NCBI RefSeq assembly: GCF_947568905.1
Contig: NC_079173.1
Span: 7,936,001 to 8,000,000 of the forward strand
Direction: 5' to 3'
DNA length: 64,000 bases
Source: Ostrea edulis
Lineage: Eukaryota
Below, piece after piece: positions 60,764 to 64,000 of the stretch. Every line of letters starts with the position of its first letter. The stretch's first letter is position 1. The notes under the pieces were generated by a model. The model had not been told where the DNA came from. It worked only from the letters and a program-made list of their open reading frames with translations, and did no database searches. The position numbers and the translations under genes were made by a program.

Positions 60764-62896
60764 TTAAGTTTGTAGGAGTGAAGTGGGTTTTTGTATCGTG
60801 TCATGTCTATCGTAACACGGGAAATCAGTTTGAAGGTCATCCGAAAGACCCTTCTAATGTCACTCGCTAAGCGAAGGAACACATTTTTCGTCACGTGAAT
60901 CATAAATGTGTTTGCATAGACACTAAATTAATACTTATCAAGACGAACGACAACACTCCTACCACGAAACGTTCGACCCACGAAAATAAGTGTTCAACAG
61001 TGCTTTCAGGAAAAGAGAGACCGTAACGCTGTTTTACACGTAATATAATTTCTTTAACATGTCACCAGTGATTGGACAGGGCATTGTGTGAGATTCGTTC
61101 GGAACCTCTCGAACATACTTTAGTTTTCCCTGTCACTCTTCCAGTGATCATAATGGAGCTCTCTATGATACTTAGCAAGAAAACTCTTTACTACACTGTT
61201 TCTGCTAGAGTAGATTCTTAGGCCAGAAATTGATTAACCCTTATTCGAAAGATGCATGTTTCAAAATCTGTGAAGGACGGCGATCCTTGATTTTGAAGTT
61301 TAGATCCCCATTGTTTATAGGAAAGGGAACCGTACACAATAACAACATCGGGCAGTCTGAGATCCCCAGATTAGATACAGATGTTTGTCCAGTCAGGGTC
61401 AGTCCTGATCAATGCCGGTTGATGAAATAAAAACAACGCCTACAGCATGCCTTGTCTTGCAAGGTCGTTTTTGTTGGTTTCCATTAGGTAAATGATTTCC
61501 TATTGTTTATATAATTTACGCTGTGTAGATTTCTCTGATACTTTACAAGCGATCGGAATTAACCCTCACACCCCCCGGTAAACCAGTGCAGACAATCGAT
61601 AAAATATATATGTTGAGTATATTTTATCATAGAGTATCGTAAAAACCGCGGGAAGATGAATACGTGAAATATACTCACAGCGATAATATCTAAATCATTG
61701 TTACCTGAGCGGGAGGTAAATTGCCGCGAGCATCAGACAAACAGCGACCGACCACCTCCCACGTGACTTTATCAGTAGCAGACGACACTCTATGAAGAGA
61801 ACCTGTTAACACGCGCATCGCTGGAGGTGAGCACAATTTATGAAAGCAAAATTGTTTTCTGATTGGCTGTGACGGGGCGCTCAGTTTTTGATCGTTAGGA
61901 TTTCGATAAGACCACCAGTGATAATCAGTTATCACTCAACAAACACGAGTTTGCATGCTTTGAAGTAAGAAGAGATCATTAAACGAATATACCGCTGTCT
62001 GGGATGCAGATGGTCGGCTGGGTTTATTTTTGTTTTTAATGTAAGCTTTGTTTTGTTCAGACTTTAGAAACAATGCTAGATTTTTTTTGTCTTTCTTTAC
62101 GAGGCAGTCCAATTAAAATCAGACAATCGTTATTAGTACACATGAACTAATTTGCACTCTCCAACTTTAATTCCTATTCATTTGTAAGTATCTCTATCCC
62201 TTTCTCGTCAAGTGAATAATATGTCAACTCATTTTCCGACCAAATACTTTGATTATATACACGTTAAATGCTGCAATTTATATGCATTTTCTGAGTGACA
62301 AGTCTTTACACATTGCTAACAACCCTACAGGACAAGACATGGTGGATGTTCTTGTGTATTTTCCGATACCTGCCTTTACAATAAGGTCTTTGATTTGGTA
62401 ATATTTCAATGTACATATTTTATTCAATAAAATGCTAATAGAGTTCAAGATATCACGCCTTCCCTCTGTTATGGCATATTAAATTATGTCTGCTGCATTT
62501 CGATCACTTTAAATTTATCATAGTTATGAAAGTCAAAGTTTAAAGAAATTACTTTACATTTTGTTTTCAAAAGAATATTCACCTTACGAAATGTCAATAT
62601 TTTAATGAAATGTCTATATTTTATTTGTCTATAACGAATTCTGTTGAGGATTATGTCAGACAATGGGAAGAACCTCATACTGTGTTAGAATGGATAAAAA
62701 GTATAAGAGGAATATTAAAATATCGAATAAGACGTATCAAAACAAAAGTGGTACCATCTATCCTTCTGCGTTTAGTAAACCAGAAATGATCAAAGAATTA
62801 GATAGGTTACATAAGGAGCATTCCAGCTGACAAAGCTTGTCACAACATTTTCTTTGTAAGGCCCATGATTACAACTGTATTGTAAACGAGCTTGGT

Positions 62897-63117
62897 ACCG
62901 TCGCCGGTGGCTTAGAGGTTAGAGCGTTCGCCCCGCATGCGGAAGGCCGGGGTTCGAATCCCGGCCGCAACAGATCTATGTCGTGACAGTTCCATCGCCA
63001 TACGCTCGGCATCAGGTGTGAATGTCGGAGATGACCTTAAAAACGGATGTCCCGCGTCACAGCTCAATGGCCGCAAGCGCCGAGCAAAGGCCTAAATTTG
63101 AAACCCCTCGCCGGTCT

Positions 63118-63152
<35 letters not shown>

Positions 63153-63184
63153 AGAGACGTTAAACAAGATACAATCAATCAATA
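62897..63184 (+). mobile_element. tRNA-derived SINE family A (internally deleted)
   Basis: tggcttagaggttagagcg A box, ggttcgaatccc B box, (caat)n tail. Confidence 0.85.
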
Positions 63185-63609
63185 CAATTTTCACATTTGG
63201 TAATTCTACTTCAACCAAGTTCCCTTTCAAAAGACGAAATTCCTCAAAATCACGCTTCAGTTTTAACCACATTTAATATCCCAGTCAATCGGACGTATCT
63301 ATATCGTATCTATATTGGATTTCAAAACTTCACAAAAAGCCTTACAAACAGAGATGAATGATTGGATCCGGTAAATGTTCTTTCATGCCCATGTCTTTCC
63401 ACTTCATAACAAAATTAACTGCTTTGGATGAGAAATTTCAGACGTATTGTACCACAACATATGCGAGAAGTGGTGTAAATCAATTGTGGATTCTAAAACA
63501 TTCTAAATTTTAAACCACAACACTTTTCCCAAATCAACAGCATCAAAATTTATGGCTTTTCAAAACTGTTCACGGCCATTTCTCACGGTAAATTAAATAC
63601 TAGGCTTTT

Positions 63610-64000
63610 TGACATCTATTTTATTGAACATAGATGTCAACAGCGAACTGTCAACTTATTATAACTTCATGACAAACAGGATGATTTCAGCTTCTCCATC
63701 GTCATCATCCCATATTTGTACAGTAGCAATATTCCATTATCACCTGTATATGGTGTTTATGTCTCGCAACTTTAATACGCGAAGTTTTGTTCTGCGTATG
63801 ATCAATTTCCAAATCGAGTCAATCTACTGATAAAGAAGTTGATGCTATTGGGGTTTCAACAGTATTGTTTGAAGTCAGTATTCTGCGGTTGTTGTGTCGA
63901 TCTAATTTACAAATACAACCTGTCGTTAGGTCGAATACTGTCTGATGTATTAGTCCGGTTTTTTTACATATTGATTTTGACTATGGATTACTCTGTTTAT
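63610..64000 (+). mobile_element. Degenerate Naiad-type PLE 3' fragment running off the window
   Basis: gatgatttcagcttctccatcgtc...caatattccattatcacctg family text. Confidence 0.7.

Noticed and set aside
61690-62400. Possible promoter and first exons of a plus-strand gene (CCAAT/E-box-like motifs; cag|gacaagacATGGTGGAT...aag|gt)
   Set aside because: Only generic motifs and a 16-codon frame; not supportable without transcript data.

Overview
AT-rich eukaryotic genomic DNA from a draft assembly with two N-gaps (11307-11458, 32510-32638). The repeat families suggest a bivalve, probably an oyster (inference). Protein-coding content: (1) three intronless Cys-loop, nAChR-like cation-channel subunit genes on + (746-2014, 13747-14958, 28577-29848), all lacking the vicinal Cys pair and key acetylcholine-binding Trp residues, plus a dead 3' remnant of a fourth copy (22238-22446) inside an old segmental duplication; (2) a six-exon minus-strand gene (42087 to about 37312) that the ORF track does not show. 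It encodes a signal peptide, a complete TGF-beta-family prodomain and an RRKR site, but I found no cystine-knot growth-factor domain after it. The rest is mostly mobile DNA: about 18 fragments of a Penelope-like (Naiad-type) retroelement, an L2/CR1-type LINE fragment, two SINE families sharing a tail, TTAA-flanked Kolobok-like elements, nested Helentron-type (HINE) elements carrying satellites, MITEs and many minisatellites. The most notable non-coding signal is a ~350-nt repeat family carrying a minimal type-I hammerhead ribozyme (retrozyme architecture; 5 loci, 2 intact cores), plus two further unrelated hammerhead motifs (32448-32486, and an inverted pair at 27081-27440). All calls were made by eye; no searches were run.
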